NCBI GenBank assembly: GCA_030433295.1
Contig: JAUIMJ010000001.1
Coordinates: forward strand, 1 to 55,510
DNA from: a bacterium
GTDB taxonomy: Bacteria; Bdellovibrionota_C; UBA2361; SZUA-149
Length of the DNA stretch: 55,510 nt
Direction of reading: 5' to 3'
Shown: positions 28,780 to 38,198 of the stretch, one piece after another
Layout: each line of letters begins with the position of its first letter
How positions within the stretch are numbered: position 1 is the first letter of the stretch
Made by a program: the position numbers and the translations under genes
The notes under the pieces: generated by a model
Database searches by the model: none
The model's input: only the letters and a program-made list of their open reading frames with translations
Told to the model about the DNA's origin: nothing

Positions 28780-29047
28780 AAACAGCCTATTTACGACTAT
28801 TCACCCGAGGTGACTAAAACCTATCAAAATGCTAGGGTTATGGCCCTGCTCTTTGCTGTCCCCCGGCTCCATCCGTTTAGAGGCGTAAAGATTTCCGCTT
28901 GTTCAAAACTGAGCAAGCGGAAGCCGTCAGTACTGGTTTTTGCATCTGCCTGTCTCTGAGGAGTCGGCAGAACTATCCCCGTCAATCTTACGACATTCGA
29001 AGCCTTCGAATCTCGTCCCCATATAGCTCTTCGGAAAGGAACAACAC

Positions 29048-29896
29048 ATGAAAAATGCAACTCGCGATCTGAAGCAGATCGGGCGGCGACAGCAGGCACA
29101 AATACGGTACCTGCTTCAATTGATTCGAAGCCTTCAGTCTCCGATTGAAAGCGTTCGAACGAGAACAATACATAATTTTGACAGTGATTCTCTCGCCGAG
29201 GCGCTGGCATTACCCGTATGCGTTCGAAACGGTCACGACCGGAAAAGAAAGCGTATCATTCATCATTTTGTTGCGGCTGTGGTTTCTATGGATCTTTTGG
29301 CACACTCGTCGAAAGACCTGAAAACCCTGGGCCGCGTCCTCAGACTGGTTTTCTGGAAGCTTCCGGAAGGTCGAGGATTCATGCGACGAAAGCTCCTGGT
29401 GATGCGCACCTTCAAGCTCGTGGATGCCGCTCGTTCCAGGCAGAAGAATGCTGAACGGGAGCTTAAAAAGCAGCAGGATGGGACTAAGGAGAATCTCGAG
29501 GCCCGTGACAAACAGTGGCAGAGCCTGCAAGACAGCAATCCCGATGAATGTCTCAGGGTAGTCGCTGATTTTGCTGCGGAACCTTCTGAGCATCCAAAGG
29601 TGCGTGCCAATGCGATTCTCTTTATCCTTCGCGGATCGGAAGAACTGCTCTCGAGCAGTGAAAATCGCGCGTACTTCTATGTGGGGCTCACGGAAATCCC
29701 GCTGGAGGAGCGCGATGCATGTGAACTGTCAGTGATTGCTTCGGCAATGGTGCAGATTCTAATCTCCACCCCACAGGAAGAACGCATTCCTGACTGGGCC
29801 GCGGAGATGCTTCCCGTCTCCGATTCCCTTGCGCAAATGACAGAGGCTAAGACCTGCAAGCAGGCGCTCGACTACCTGAGGACTTTGCTCGAGTGA
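29048..29896 (+). CDS. Hypothetical protein (helical, no family recognised)
   Basis: 282-aa ORF with normal amino-acid composition. The overlapping minus-strand ORFs look like shadows. Confidence 0.45.
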   Translation: MKNATRDLKQIGRRQQAQIRYLLQLIRSLQSPIESVRTRTIHNFDSDSLAEALALPVCVRNGHDRKRKRIIHHFVAAVVSMDLLAHSSKDLKTLGRVLRLVFWKLPEGRGFMRRKLLVMRTFKLVDAARSRQKNAERELKKQQDGTKENLEARDKQWQSLQDSNPDECLRVVADFAAEPSEHPKVRANAILFILRGSEELLSSSENRAYFYVGLTEIPLEERDACELSVIASAMVQILISTPQEERIPDWAAEMLPVSDSLAQMTEAKTCKQALDYLRTLLE

Positions 29897-30082
29897 TACC
29901 TCGACTGAGAAAATCACCTACGTTTCGCGTGCCGTCAGCTCCACACCCCGTGGTTTTACTACGAATGTTTTTGCCGACGGCTACGCGAAATTCACTCCTG
30001 ATTGTACTGATGAGGATGCCAACTCTGAACGTAGGGAATGATTTGGGTAAGGGAAAACGCGAATCCGGGGCAGCACGACGCT

Positions 30083-30607
30083 TCATTGTTTGTCGATACA
30101 GTATTGCTCCGCAGTTTTGTCCTCAATGTAGAAATTCGTAACCATGGCATTTCCCTGTTCGGGTACCGCGACTTCAATTCGCGAATTCGCTGGCGCCACG
30201 GCAAGTGGACCCTTGCAGCTCTCCGGAATATAGTAGCGTTCAATATTGGCGATAAACATCCCGCCGTATCTGCACACGCCTCGAATGGACAGCTCACAGT
30301 CTGCTGGTTTGGAATCGCAGGCACCAAACCAATCCGCTTCAGCAATCCCCGTCTTTGGGTCGCTTCGCAGGCATACGCATTGATTCTGGGAGCTTCCTCT
30401 GTGCCCCTTGCGTTCGCAGCGGGCTCTGTTGCCATAGTCGACCTGGTAGCGGATGTAGTGGCCCGAAAGTAAGTCTCTCGGATCGCCGCCCTGAACCGCC
30501 AGCAGTATTTGAGGAGCGGTAGCCCGAACGTAATACTGCTGGCCAATCCAGATCAGCATCAGAAGAAAGGAGGCACACATGGCCGCTCTTTTAACGCCCA
30601 TACTCAT
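30083..30607 (-). CDS. GDYXXLXY-domain protein
   Basis: N-terminal TM, then GGDPRDLLSGHYIRYQVDYG, a variant of the GDYxxLxY signature. 4-nt ATGA overlap with the upstream DUF2157 gene, which is the usual partner. Confidence 0.7.
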   Translation of the reverse strand: MSMGVKRAAMCASFLLMLIWIGQQYYVRATAPQILLAVQGGDPRDLLSGHYIRYQVDYGNRARCERKGHRGSSQNQCVCLRSDPKTGIAEADWFGACDSKPADCELSIRGVCRYGGMFIANIERYYIPESCKGPLAVAPANSRIEVAVPEQGNAMVTNFYIEDKTAEQYCIDKQ

Positions 30608-31764
30608 GCTGTGTCCTCCGCAAGTTCACTGAGCAGCGGTTTGCTTCGGTGCCAGAAATACACGACGGAAAGAATAAAAACACCCGAAACGATTAATCCG
30701 ATACCCGTCGTCGTGAGGCTGCCAAAAACCTCAAAGTAGACGACGATGATGCGAGCCGCGATACAGAGTGAGGCAAGGTCAAAGAGCCGCTTATGTTTGC
30801 TGCTCGCCGCGGCCAGGGCGATATTCAACCAAACGGCAAGAAAGCCTAAGCAGCCGACAATTTGTTTAACAATTTTCGGCAGGAGCTGAGGGTCTATGAA
30901 CAAGGGGAGGGTGGCAAATATACCGAGAAGCAGGTATGTGGTGACGAAATATTGCCGGGTTTTAGTATTTCTTGCGGGGTTCAGTGCGACGAAGAAAATC
31001 AACAGCGCCAGGGGCAGCCAGGGAATCAAAAGGTAGATTCGGGCCAGTTCGTCATAGGTCCTGTGTCGCAGATCGACCCAAAGAACGTTGGCAATGATAG
31101 AACCGATGGTAACCAGAAAGAATAAACTCGTTCGGTAGCCTACGGCAAAAAAATGTCGTACTCGGGGAAAGAGTGACTGCCCCAGATCGCCGACCACAGT
31201 TACCCAAATCAGTAGCGCGCACATCACCAGAAACTTAACGTACTGATCCGGCGCCATCGTATAGTTGTTCGCATACCAGAGGAATGCGGCAATAGCGTAT
31301 CCAATATACCAGATACGACTGATGACAGCGGTATGTGCAAGAAGTACGCAGGGCAGCATAAGAACGAGCCAGAAAAGAATACCCTGCCATCCTTCACTGT
31401 GCAGATTGAAAATCTGTGCAGTAAGCCCTATGCCGGCCAGATAAAAGAGTCCGGAGAATGCAAGCAGAGCCTCTCGAACAAGACCTTCCCGCGGTAGCCA
31501 GCGTATCGCAAAGAGCGTCGCAAGAAGTTGTAGTAGGAGATAGGTGGGGATTTTAACTCCCTTAGGAATAGACATCCAGTTCGCAGCTACCAGGCTAATA
31601 ATCCCGACAACTATCGCAAGTATACCGATGCCGTAAAAGCCGTACATAACCCAGGGACGGGAGGGAGCGGAATTCTCATATTTGAGAATGGCCTCGCCCT
31701 GCTCTTCGCTTATGAGGTTCTGCTCAATCCATTGAGCGATTTTATTGGGGTGAACCCTGCTCAT
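30604..31764 (-). CDS. DUF2157/DUF4401-like polytopic membrane protein
   Basis: Soluble N-terminus (IAQWIEQNLISEEQGEAILKYE) followed by at least 10 hydrophobic helices. Operon partner of the GDYXXLXY gene. Confidence 0.65.
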   Translation of the reverse strand: MSRVHPNKIAQWIEQNLISEEQGEAILKYENSAPSRPWVMYGFYGIGILAIVVGIISLVAANWMSIPKGVKIPTYLLLQLLATLFAIRWLPREGLVREALLAFSGLFYLAGIGLTAQIFNLHSEGWQGILFWLVLMLPCVLLAHTAVISRIWYIGYAIAAFLWYANNYTMAPDQYVKFLVMCALLIWVTVVGDLGQSLFPRVRHFFAVGYRTSLFFLVTIGSIIANVLWVDLRHRTYDELARIYLLIPWLPLALLIFFVALNPARNTKTRQYFVTTYLLLGIFATLPLFIDPQLLPKIVKQIVGCLGFLAVWLNIALAAASSKHKRLFDLASLCIAARIIVVYFEVFGSLTTTGIGLIVSGVFILSVVYFWHRSKPLLSELAEDTA

Positions 31765-32228
31765 TGACGCCCTGCTTATTGGAGACCTGAGCCCCTTTGC
31801 TCACCTTGACTCAAGTGCCGGAAACATCCTGTTGCCTGCCCCATTATTCGCTATTGGCTCTACACTGGCAATGTAAAGCGGGAATCGCTGTCGGGCTGGT
31901 CCCTACGGGCGAATATACTGAGCGCACTATAAACTTCGGTTTTTCTTAATACCCTTGTTAGCGAAGTATATGTTCTGCCGTAGGCAGAACCAAGCAACAA
32001 GTATACCCCTAATCTATTGCCCCTAATCTATTACAAGGAACGGCTGACGCCGTACTTTAAATCGTTAGGGGTATATACTCCGGCTAATACATATAAGTAT
32101 GCAGTGGGAATACTGGCTGGTGACTTTTGACACCGGCGGTAAGGATGCGCCGCCTGGGGGGTCTCACGTTATGTATACGCGATGCCGAGACATCGGCTTA
32201 GCGTTGGAGTGCGTTAACAGGTTTTTTT

Positions 32229-32264
32229 GCCCTGTGGTCTGTACGCTGCCACAGGGCTTTTTCT
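32229..32264 (+). terminator. Strong plus-strand intrinsic terminator with no annotated plus-strand gene upstream
   Basis: Perfect 9-bp stem GCCCTGTGG (32229-32237) / CCACAGGGC (32249-32257) followed by TTTTT. The minus-strand orientation would be followed by A, so it is not the terminator of the convergent GNAT gene. Confidence 0.7.
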
Positions 32265-32280
32265 ATATTTCAGGGAAGTG

Positions 32281-32784
32281 CTAGAGCCTCAGCTCGTATT
32301 TCACAAAAGCTGCGGTGGATCCGTCCGGCCAGCTGATGTCGTCTTTGCTTATCAGTTCGAAGCCAAATGCCTGATTGGCTCGCTCGGATGCAAGATTACC
32401 TTCACGGTGACCCACGGTGATGACATCAAATTTCTTCTGTTCTTTTGCCCAGCCAATTCTTGCTTCGTAGAACAACTTCGAAAGACCCTTACCCCGATAC
32501 GCTTTGTTTATGTAACTCATTACGAGCAGGGCAGTCTTCCCGCTTGGGTCATCGCGGTCTTTGGTTATGCCGGTCACACCGATTACCCTTTCCGCATCAA
32601 AAAGCGCAAAGATGCACATATCTTCATTGTGAAGGAATGTTTTCCATTCTTCGGGGCTTCGTTTCCGCTCATCGGTGCTCGGGCAAAAGAGATCCGGGTG
32701 CGTCTCCAGTGCTTCCAGGCGAATGCTGCGTAAGACTTCCCAGTCCTCGGAGCTAAGCTGTCGCAGGTGAATTGAGGATTCCAT
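32281..32784 (-). CDS. GNAT-family N-acetyltransferase
   Basis: IHLRQLSSEDWEVLRSIRLEAL..., acetyl-CoA loop YRGKGLSKLFYEARIGWAKE. ATG at 32784. Confidence 0.85.
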   Translation of the reverse strand: MESSIHLRQLSSEDWEVLRSIRLEALETHPDLFCPSTDERKRSPEEWKTFLHNEDMCIFALFDAERVIGVTGITKDRDDPSGKTALLVMSYINKAYRGKGLSKLFYEARIGWAKEQKKFDVITVGHREGNLASERANQAFGFELISKDDISWPDGSTAAFVKYELRL

Positions 32785-32995
32785 TAAACGTTTTGAGTCT
32801 CCGGGTAATACGATAAACACGCTCTACGCAAAGTCTACCCGTCTTTTTGTTCCAGAGCGAGCTATCTTCGCCGAAAATCAGCAGGTGTTGTTCACAAGCA
32901 CCGGAGTCATGTGTACCTATACGTGAGCGGAGCCCTGATTTGCATTCTCCTTAGCTCACAGTTTACTCTCCGGTTACATTATGAACACGGAGTAG

Positions 32996-33547
32996 ATGGG
33001 AATTCCCCACAAAACAGGTTCGATTTCTTTTCGTTTTTTGAGGATGTTCGAAATGCATACGCGTATCGTTCTGTATTCCAGGGTGTCGCTGATTTCTGCA
33101 GGTCTCTGTGCCGCGGGAATGACTACTCTCGCTGAGTTTTTGTTCGGTCTGATCGTTTGGACGCCGGCTCTGGTTCTTGGTCTTATCCTTACTCTGCTGG
33201 GTCTTGCTATCTATGCGAGGGCGTTTCTCGCAATACAGCGCAGTGAACTCAGCGAGCCCGAGGAGGAGGTGCTCTGGAAGATTTCCTGTCGGAGATATCT
33301 GCCCGCCCTCGGCGTCGCATCGCTCGGGGTGCTTGGCATGTTGGGAGCGGCTGTTCTCCTTGGCTTTGGTCTAATCGACGCCGGTGGCAGTGTGTCTATT
33401 GCGGAGCCCTATCGATGGCTTGCATGTTTCGCTGTCGTCTGGTTTTTCTTCATCGCGCTGTTTGCCTGGCCGGATTTTGTAACCCTGGCGACAAGCATTC
33501 CTGCTCGACGAAAAATGCAGCAAAGCGTTTCGCAAGATGTTGGCTAG
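32996..33547 (+). CDS. Hypothetical four-helix membrane protein
   Basis: Four hydrophobic segments. The start is uncertain, with several in-frame Met between 32996 and 33056. Confidence 0.45.
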   Translation: MGIPHKTGSISFRFLRMFEMHTRIVLYSRVSLISAGLCAAGMTTLAEFLFGLIVWTPALVLGLILTLLGLAIYARAFLAIQRSELSEPEEEVLWKISCRRYLPALGVASLGVLGMLGAAVLLGFGLIDAGGSVSIAEPYRWLACFAVVWFFFIALFAWPDFVTLATSIPARRKMQQSVSQDVG

Positions 33548-33702
33548 TGATGAATTGCGTCCCCGTATGAGCGGTAGTGTGGATTCAGCAAAGCACTGCC
33601 GGATGTTGCGTAAGTAACCACGGTTGTGTTTTGTGGGAGTCCCCGCCATTGGAGTTTCCAAGGTAATCCGCGATGCGGTCATAAACAGATGAGAGTGAAA
33701 CA

Positions 33703-34287
33703 ATGGTAGAAGATCAAAAAAAACGTGCCTTGCTTGTGCTGGCGGAAGGCTGTGAAGAAATTGAAACGGTTGCGCCTATCGACGTTCTGACGCGTGTGGG
33801 CGTGGATGTCCTTGTTGCGTCTCTGAAACCTGGGCCGGTAAAGGCTGCTTACGGGACCACGCTTGTGCCCGATTGTACCCTTTCTGAGGTGGAGGGAGAT
33901 TTTGACGGTATTATCTGCCCGGGTGGAAAGGCGAATGCGCGGGCGCTGGCCGCGGATGAACTCGTCCGAAGCAAAATACAGGAATTTGCGCAGTCCGGAG
34001 CCCTTGTCGCGGCAATCTGCGCGGCACCAAGCCACGTGCTGGGAGAGAGTGCGGGAATTCTTCGTGGTCGACGTGCCTGCGGAGATCCGGGATTTCTCGA
34101 CAAGCTTCGCGACTCGGGGGCCCTGGTGCAGGATGTTCCGGTTTGTATTGATGACAATATCATTACCGCTACGGGACCTGGCACTGCGCTGCCCTTTGCG
34201 CTGAGTATTGCGGCATATCTTGTCGGCGATGAAGCGGTCGAACCTTTTTCGAAAAAGTGGGGGATCGACTACTGTAGACGAGGCTAG
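33703..34287 (+). CDS. DJ-1/PfpI-family protein (YajL/DJ-1 subgroup)
   Basis: ALLVLAEGCEEIETVAPIDVLTR, GG..N, and nucleophile elbow VAAICAAPS. Confidence 0.9.
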   Translation: MVEDQKKRALLVLAEGCEEIETVAPIDVLTRVGVDVLVASLKPGPVKAAYGTTLVPDCTLSEVEGDFDGIICPGGKANARALAADELVRSKIQEFAQSGALVAAICAAPSHVLGESAGILRGRRACGDPGFLDKLRDSGALVQDVPVCIDDNIITATGPGTALPFALSIAAYLVGDEAVEPFSKKWGIDYCRRG

Positions 34288-35333
34288 CCCCCTGAGCGCA
34301 TTTGATGGAGCAGGCGCAGGACTGGTCCTGCTTCCTGCTCGGGAAGTGAAACGAATGCTTCCATCATTGCAATCGACGGCGCGCAGCCGTCCTCTTCAGT
34401 GAAGGTTTCGTTATCAATTTTCTTCTGGGTTTCCTCTGGCAGCGTGGAAATCGCCTGATTCATCAGTGTCTCGATTCGTGTCCTGTCATCGTCGAGAATG
34501 GGGCTTTCCAGCGCCGACGCAACGGCTTTTGCGCTTAGTTCTTTTGAGGCAACTCTTGTGGTCTTCCAGCCTTCAGACGACTTGAGCTGCTGCATCTCTT
34601 CCGGGCTAAGTGCTTTCTTAATAACAAAGACCTTTGAACAAAGTTGTGGCGAAATCTTCTCGACCACCTTTCTTCTGTCAATGTGATTCTTGTAGTACGC
34701 GACGATGTCAGCGTCACTGCTCTTTGCAATCGTGCGGCCCTCGAGCATGAGAAGCTGGGTGTAGTGTTTACTAAACTCGCTCTGATTCTGTTCTCTGATG
34801 GCCTTCTCTATGCCATCGAACATGGCCTTCAGTTCGGGCAGGGCGTCGTGCAGCAGGCGAGCGCTGGGGTTGTCTGAGAAAAAGGCCTCGAGCGGCTTCA
34901 TGTTTGGCTTTTTACCGAGGGTTTTTTCTGTAGCTTTAGCGCACTCGTCAGAGGTAACCGCAAGGTTTTTGAATTTGTCGTGGAATTTTCCTCCAATACA
35001 TCCCCCGATTTTGCGTCCCCAGGTGCTACCTTCCTCAGGCAGCTTTATGAAGAATGGCAAGTCCGCTGCGACCTCGTCGACGCAGGAATCAAACAACTCG
35101 CCGCTCACTGCGGTAGAGCATTCTTCAGCGTCGAGGGAAAAACAGGAGGTAAACATCTGTCCTTCCCCGCAGACGGTCGTTGAGAATCTCTTCTTGAATC
35201 CGCTTTTCCAGAATGGCTTCAGGCTGAAGTCAGAGAAGGACTTGTCGCCACCGCAAGCGCTCAATGGAAGCAGCACCGTAAAAAGAACTAATGTGAGCAA
35301 AGAAAATCGGTTTTTAGCTGCAGTATGTTTCAT
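34284..35333 (-). CDS. Hypothetical lipoprotein
   Basis: MKHTAAKNRFSLLTLVLFTVLLPLSAC-GG has a lipobox (LSAC). ATG at 35333. No family recognised. Confidence 0.6.
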   Translation of the reverse strand: MKHTAAKNRFSLLTLVLFTVLLPLSACGGDKSFSDFSLKPFWKSGFKKRFSTTVCGEGQMFTSCFSLDAEECSTAVSGELFDSCVDEVAADLPFFIKLPEEGSTWGRKIGGCIGGKFHDKFKNLAVTSDECAKATEKTLGKKPNMKPLEAFFSDNPSARLLHDALPELKAMFDGIEKAIREQNQSEFSKHYTQLLMLEGRTIAKSSDADIVAYYKNHIDRRKVVEKISPQLCSKVFVIKKALSPEEMQQLKSSEGWKTTRVASKELSAKAVASALESPILDDDRTRIETLMNQAISTLPEETQKKIDNETFTEEDGCAPSIAMMEAFVSLPEQEAGPVLRLLHQMRSGG

Positions 35334-35417
35334 TTGCCTGGCCTTTAGGTATCCGGGAGTATCGAAGGGTAGAATAAACGGACTTGTGTAGTATTCCAAG
35401 AGGTATCTTTTGCACCG

Positions 35418-36236
35418 CTATCGCAGTCTGTAGCGCACCGCGGCACTAAACAGCCGATCTCCCATGATGTTTTTCAACACGGGAAGAAGCTTCGCGTCGA
35501 TTGTGGTCCGATAGCGTATCTTTGGCGAATTTGTCTCAATCGCTCGCACAATTTCCTTAACAGTAGTCTCAGGCCCGGGGCAGCTGGCATAGGTCCGGCG
35601 TATCATTGCACTGAAGGCCTTAACCAATGTCGTGTATTCCGTGGGGTATTCCTGTTTGCCGAGCGCATCAAGGGCAACTTCGTCAAATCCTGTTTTCACC
35701 GCGCCCGGCTCGATTAACACCACGTCAATTCCGCAGCTGTGGACTTCCATTCTCAGGGCTTCCGTCGAAGCTCGCAGGGCATGTTTACTGGCGGCATACC
35801 ATCCGAGAATGGGGGTGGAAATATGTCCGACCACTGAGGAGGCGTTCACGATGCGGCCATTTCCGGCAGCGCGCATATGGGGTAATACAGCCTGAGTGAT
35901 TCTGGCGACACCAAACACATTTACGTCAAATTGCCTTTGGATTTCTTCGAGCGGGACGTTCTCAATTGTGCCAAAGCTGCCGTAGCCCGCATTATTAAAA
36001 AGCACATCAATTCTACCCTGTTCCTCAATAAGCGTCCGAACGACCCCTCTGACTGCTTCACTGCTGCACACGTCGACTTGATGCACATGAGCGCCCGCTT
36101 CTTTCAGGTCGTCCATGAGAGAGAGGCGTCTGGCCGTGGCATACACCGTATGTCCTCTGGTAAGAAGCGCCCTGGCAGTTTCATGTCCGAAACCCGAGGA
36201 GGCTCCGGTGATTAGTACGACTTTTTGTTTAGACAT
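35418..36236 (-). CDS. Short-chain dehydrogenase/reductase (SDR) family oxidoreductase
   Basis: TGASSGFG cofactor motif, NNAG, catalytic YAASK. Confidence 0.9.
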   Translation of the reverse strand: MSKQKVVLITGASSGFGHETARALLTRGHTVYATARRLSLMDDLKEAGAHVHQVDVCSSEAVRGVVRTLIEEQGRIDVLFNNAGYGSFGTIENVPLEEIQRQFDVNVFGVARITQAVLPHMRAAGNGRIVNASSVVGHISTPILGWYAASKHALRASTEALRMEVHSCGIDVVLIEPGAVKTGFDEVALDALGKQEYPTEYTTLVKAFSAMIRRTYASCPGPETTVKEIVRAIETNSPKIRYRTTIDAKLLPVLKNIMGDRLFSAAVRYRLR

Positions 36237-36644
36237 AGAAATCTCCCTGATGATGTGTCCGCACTATGCAGCAGGGAGCCGAGATTGTCTCGATGAAGAT
36301 GCTCCTGCCTTAGAAATCCTGAATTTCTGATTTTCTGGCGGTAAATAGCACGTTCCCTGCCCTCAGTGGTAAAACCCTAGTGTCGAATCAATAGGGTCCG
36401 TGCAACTCTGTGGATGCCGAAATGCAGCTACGTAATCAGGATATCGCCCGGAACCCTTATTTTTTTCGACTTTAAGTGAATAAAACTACTGAAATACTTT
36501 CTTTAAATGGATAGGTTTGGTAGGGAATAACGAAAGTTCGCTCTGTGCTTGTGATTCCATAGCGTGGATTCTTTTGGCGCAGGGCATAGCATATTACATA
36601 AGGCAGGCTAGAAATCTGTTTGCCTTACATACAAGAGAAAAAAA

Positions 36645-36836
36645 ATGGCATCAGGAAAAGTAAAGTGGTTCGACGAGCAGAAAGGATTTGGTTTCATCGA
36701 GCAAGAAAGTGGCGATGACCTTTTCGTCCACCATTCCGAAGTAAATGGCAGAACTTTGGAAGAAGGCCAACAAGTCGAGTTCGAAATCGGCGAAGGCAAA
36801 AAAGGACCCTGCGCTGTTCAAGTACGAGCGGTGTAG
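36645..36836 (+). CDS. cspA: Cold-shock protein, CspA family
   Basis: [15 protein letters not shown] (RNP1) and DLFVHHS (RNP2). 63 aa. Preceded by a ~400-nt AT-rich non-coding leader. Confidence 0.95.
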   Translation: MASGKVKWFDEQKGFGFIEQESGDDLFVHHSEVNGRTLEEGQQVEFEIGEGKKGPCAVQVRAV

Positions 36837-36853
36837 TGTCACTTCGGAGTTCC

Positions 36854-36901
36854 TCGGTGCTTTTGCGCCTCGGTGTTTTTGCGCCTAGGTGTTTTTGAGC
36901 C
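36854..36901. repeat. Three tandem 16-nt units (tcggtgcttttgcgcc / tcggtgtttttgcgcc / taggtgtttttgagcc) just after the csp stop
   Basis: Units at 36854-36869, 36870-36885 and 36886-36901, read directly from the sequence. Confidence 0.8.
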
Positions 36902-36923
36902 GGGGAACTCCGGCTAGAAAAAA

Positions 36924-36953
36924 GGCGTCTTCTTCGGAAGGCGCTTTTTTTTT
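36924..36953 (+). terminator. Intrinsic terminator (UUCG tetraloop hairpin plus T9), bidirectional in design
   Basis: Stem 36924-36932 / 36937-36945 (one G.U pair) with a TTCG loop. T9 follows on plus, and A6 before the stem gives a T-tract on minus. It lies between the convergent csp and dehydratase genes. Confidence 0.8.
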
Positions 36954-37087
36954 GTGGTTTTACCGAGAAGCGAATGGTTAAGGGGAGGTCCAGATAAGCC
37001 GATGCCATATACGCATCTGATTACCTGGCCTGCCCCCTGAGCTCCTGTTGAGCTAACCCTATTGAGCAAAGCAAACCCTATAGAGAA

Positions 37088-38080
37088 TTATCCCTCCGTT
37101 GCCGAGGTGATAAGTCGTTCGAAATCTTCAGTGCTGATATTTCCCCCTGAGAGCAGCACTCCAAGCCGCTTGCCGGAGATATCCAGTTTTTGCGAAAGCA
37201 GGGCGGCAAGACATATAGCCCCCGAAGGCTCAAGCCTGAGCCCCATGTGCTCATACGCAAAACGCATAGCTCTGACTATCGCCGCGTCGTCTACAGTTAC
37301 GATATCGTCGACGAGCGCCCTGATTACGGAGAAGGTTTTGTCTCCGAGATTACCGCGCAGGCCGTCCGCTATAGTTTCCACTTGAGCATTCCGTGTGAGA
37401 GTGCCCGTCCGGAGGGATCGCAGGGCGTCGTCAGCTCCAAGCGGTTCTACACCGATGACAGCTGTGGACGCGCCAAGCCCTCGGCTTGTGATTGCCGCAC
37501 CCGAAATCAAACCGCCACCACCCACCGGGCAGAGCAAGATATCAAAGGGTCCTGCATCCTCGAGGAATTCCAGTGTCGCCGTTCCCTGACCCGCAATAAT
37601 CGCCCAATCATTGTAGGGGGGAACAAAGACATAGGAATGCTCGGCAATCATTTCGTCGACTGTGCTTTGTCGCGCTTCTGCTGTCGGTTCACAAAAGTAA
37701 ACCTGGCCACCGTACTCTCTGGTTTTACGGACTTTCAAGGCGGGGGCGTTTGCGGGAATGACAATATGAGATTCTATCTCGAGTCCGCTTGCGGCCAGAG
37801 CAAGTGCCTGAGCGTGGTTCCCCGAAGAATGGGTGACCACGCCTCGTGCTGCTTCCTCCGTGGATAGAGACAAGAGCTTATTTGTGGCGCCTCGAATCTT
37901 AAAGGCGCCCATGCTCTGCTCATTCTCACATTTGAAGTAGACTTGTGCATTAAGTAGTCTGTCGAGTGCTTCACAGCTTATGTGCCGTGTGTGCTCGACC
38001 CTGCTGCTCAGCCTGTTTGCTGCTTCGCGAATATGCTCGAGCGAGATTGGAATAGAAAGATGTTCAATACTCATCTTCAT
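37088..38080 (-). CDS. PLP-dependent threonine/serine dehydratase (threonine ammonia-lyase / serine racemase-like, fold type II)
   Basis: PLP-lysine motif ENEQSMGAFKIRGA, SSGNHAQALA, glycine loop CPVGGGGLISG. 330 aa with no ACT regulatory domain. Confidence 0.85.
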   Translation of the reverse strand: MKMSIEHLSIPISLEHIREAANRLSSRVEHTRHISCEALDRLLNAQVYFKCENEQSMGAFKIRGATNKLLSLSTEEAARGVVTHSSGNHAQALALAASGLEIESHIVIPANAPALKVRKTREYGGQVYFCEPTAEARQSTVDEMIAEHSYVFVPPYNDWAIIAGQGTATLEFLEDAGPFDILLCPVGGGGLISGAAITSRGLGASTAVIGVEPLGADDALRSLRTGTLTRNAQVETIADGLRGNLGDKTFSVIRALVDDIVTVDDAAIVRAMRFAYEHMGLRLEPSGAICLAALLSQKLDISGKRLGVLLSGGNISTEDFERLITSATEG

Positions 38081-38198
38081 ACCTCGTGTTTTGGAGTAGA
38101 CGAACGATAAAATAGATTGGTGGGGAAGGAAAGATACACAGTCCCCACCTCCAAAAAACCTTTCCCAGGAGCCCTTTCATGGTCCGGGACAGGTGAAT

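Noticed and set aside
29992-30546. 184-aa minus-strand ORF overlapping the GDYXXLXY gene in another frame, and the plus-strand ORF 30038-30472
   Set aside because: The 30083-30607 frame carries the family signature and is translationally coupled to the upstream DUF2157 gene. The alternatives have no motif and are Arg/Ala/Thr-rich.
32227-32756. Plus-strand ORFs 32227-32733 and 32445-32756, antisense to the GNAT gene, and ORF 32099-32284
   Set aside because: The GNAT frame has the acetyl-CoA-binding motif. ORF 32099-32284 reads through a strong intrinsic terminator and has no RBS.
34798-35391. 197-aa plus-strand ORF
   Set aside because: It is antisense to the lipoprotein gene, which has a lipobox and a sensible start. 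The ORF itself has no features.
37190-37867. 225-aa plus-strand ORF
   Set aside because: It is antisense to the PLP-dependent dehydratase, whose motifs (GAFKIRGA, GGGGL) are unambiguous.
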